Origin: Nitrososphaerales archaeon
GTDB taxonomy: Archaea > Thermoproteota > Nitrososphaeria > Nitrososphaerales > UBA213
Assembly: GCA_965197925.1 (NCBI GenBank)
Contig: CBDAOC010000020.1
Coordinates: 928,001-992,000, forward strand
Direction: 5' to 3'
Length of the DNA: 64,000 nucleotides
Shown: positions 62,523 to 64,000 of the stretch, piece by piece
Layout of the letters: each line of letters starts with the position of its first letter
Numbering within the stretch: position 1 is the stretch's first letter
Translations under genes and position numbers: made by a program
Notes under the pieces: generated by a model
Told to the model about the DNA's origin: nothing
What the model saw: the letters and a program-made list of their open reading frames with translations, nothing else
The model's database searches: none

Positions 62523-64000
62523 TCAATCTTTCAGATACTCCTTTTTAATCATAGCCTGAGTAGATTCCCTAGTCGCTGTATGTATTTTATACATCTGCTT
62601 CCATTCTTTCACCGCCTGTTGATCCGAACCAATTTTCTTCTCCATAACTTGGTCAATATAAACAAAAGCAGTTAGATTAACCCATTGCCCAACAAAGATA
62701 GCTTCCCCTGGATTTAATGACGGTAGCTGTTCTATGATATCCTTGCTAAGCCCTTCACTCGCAGCAGAAACTTGCGCTTGATCCTCCTGCTGTACCATTT
62801 TCATGATCGCAACAGAGCCCATTTGGCTTAGAACATTTGTATCAATGCCTCTAGGTCTCTGAGAAACAATCACTAACCCTAAACCAAATTTTCTCCCTTC
62901 ACGGGCAACCTTTGCAGCCATGTATTTGGTCTCCGTTTTTTCCTCCTTGGGTATAAAAACATGGGCTTCCTCTATTACAACAAGAACGGGGGCAGGAAAT
63001 TTTGCTGGACTCTTGCTCTCAATGTCTCCCTTCCTAGCCCTGGTAGCCTTTTTTCTATCATCTAAAAGTTCTTCTAGGTAGAATCTTACTGCAATATCGG
63101 CTTGCCTGTTGGTAAGTTCTATTAAGCTAAGGACATTCACCTTCCCGTTTTTAATTAGGGCAGTGGGATCATCTAAACTTGGATCCAATATTCTTCTGAA
63201 GCGCCTTCTGGCATCATCAATCTTGTCTTCTACACGTTCGGCAGCTTCTCTATAGCTTTTTTCATTGGAAAAAACTCTCACATTTGTGATTAGGGTTTCC
63301 CAAAAATTCTCACCTTGTTTTGATTTCACCTCATTGGTGAATGCTTTATGTAACACATGCATCTGATTTGTAGCTGATTCCTTGATCTCTATGACCTCAG
63401 CAAATTTTTCAAAATTCAATAAGCGCGGGTTTATCTTTGCGTCTATAACATTTATTCCATTGATCTCTAGTGTTGGATAGTCATCGTGATAATCAAAGAT
63501 CACCATCGTACCACTTATACTAGCCATATTTTTTGCAATCAATGATACTAGGTTACTCTTACCCATTCCCGTCATTGCAAGAATTGCCAAATGTCGTGAA
63601 ACGATTTTGTCTATGTTTATCCTAGCTTCGACGTTACTATTCCTTAATAGTGAACCAATTCGCATCCATTCATCATTTGTTGATGTGAATATAATCCCAA
63701 GATCATCTTGCGTTGCTTCCAGAACCTTTGTCCCAGGTAATGGAGGTATATCGGGCATTATTGTCCTTCCCTTCTTCAGGTGATCCAGATAACCGAGTAT
63801 TCTCACCCATGCCCTATAGCTTTTATCTCTTTCATTGGCATCTGCAACCACCTTGCTCTCAAGTGCTTCCATATAATTTCTGATATCTTTGTTTAATGCA
63901 TCGCTTACAGTCTTGGATTTTTCTACCAATCCTAGGATCTTTCCATTAACGCTATCTAGTAGTACATATTCTCCCGCACTGACAGGTCTTTTCCCTTCTA
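62523..64000 (-). CDS. herA: HerA helicase/translocase, 5' end beyond the window
   Basis: RHLAILAMTGMGKS, IEEAH, REGRKFG, SQRP; frame is open to the window edge. Confidence 0.93.
   Translation of the reverse strand, partial: EGKRPVSAGEYVLLDSVNGKILGLVEKSKTVSDALNKDIRNYMEALESKVVADANERDKSYRAWVRILGYLDHLKKGRTIMPDIPPLPGTKVLEATQDDLGIIFTSTNDEWMRIGSLLRNSNVEARINIDKIVSRHLAILAMTGMGKSNLVSLIAKNMASISGTMVIFDYHDDYPTLEINGINVIDAKINPRLLNFEKFAEVIEIKESATNQMHVLHKAFTNEVKSKQGENFWETLITNVRVFSNEKSYREAAERVEDKIDDARRRFRRILDPSLDDPTALIKNGKVNVLSLIELTNRQADIAVRFYLEELLDDRKKATRARKGDIESKSPAKFPAPVLVVIEEAHVFIPKEEKTETKYMAAKVAREGRKFGLGLVIVSQRPRGIDTNVLSQMGSVAIMKMVQQEDQAQVSAASEGLSKDIIEQLPSLNPGEAIFVGQWVNLTAFVYIDQVMEKKIGSDQQAVKEWKQMYKIHTATRESTQAMIKKEYLKD

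Noticed and set aside
59284..64000. herA-mre11-rad50 as a novel defence system, and absence of nurA
   Set aside because: This is the standard archaeal repair operon; nurA may lie upstream, outside the window.

Overview
64 kb from an AT-rich ammonia-oxidising archaeon (Nitrososphaerota/Thaumarchaeota). The core is a compact archaeal ammonia monooxygenase locus: probable amoZ and amoY, an IS, amoB (minus strand), then amoC-amoX-amoA. Its AmoA and AmoC sequences are divergent, which suggests a deep-branching lineage. Around it lie a two-domain multicopper oxidase fused to a blue-copper domain, further cupredoxins, two intron-containing tRNAs (Thr-GGT, and Leu-TAA with two introns), a K+-independent H+-pyrophosphatase and an orphan TAXI solute-binding protein with an internal duplication. 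Further along are a divergent thermosome paralog directly upstream of a Tat-exported, Cys/His-rich five-gene ABC importer, then tatA, a PiT-family transporter, a transglutaminase-like gene and herA-mre11-rad50 (herA cut by the window edge). The window is strongly eroded: about 12 IS elements or fragments, at least seven host pseudogenes, many short tandem duplications, an 18 x 29-bp perfect tandem array and a 1.1-kb segment bounded by long inverted repeats. No CRISPR array, rRNA or cas genes were seen. All family assignments come from motif recognition by eye; no searches were run.
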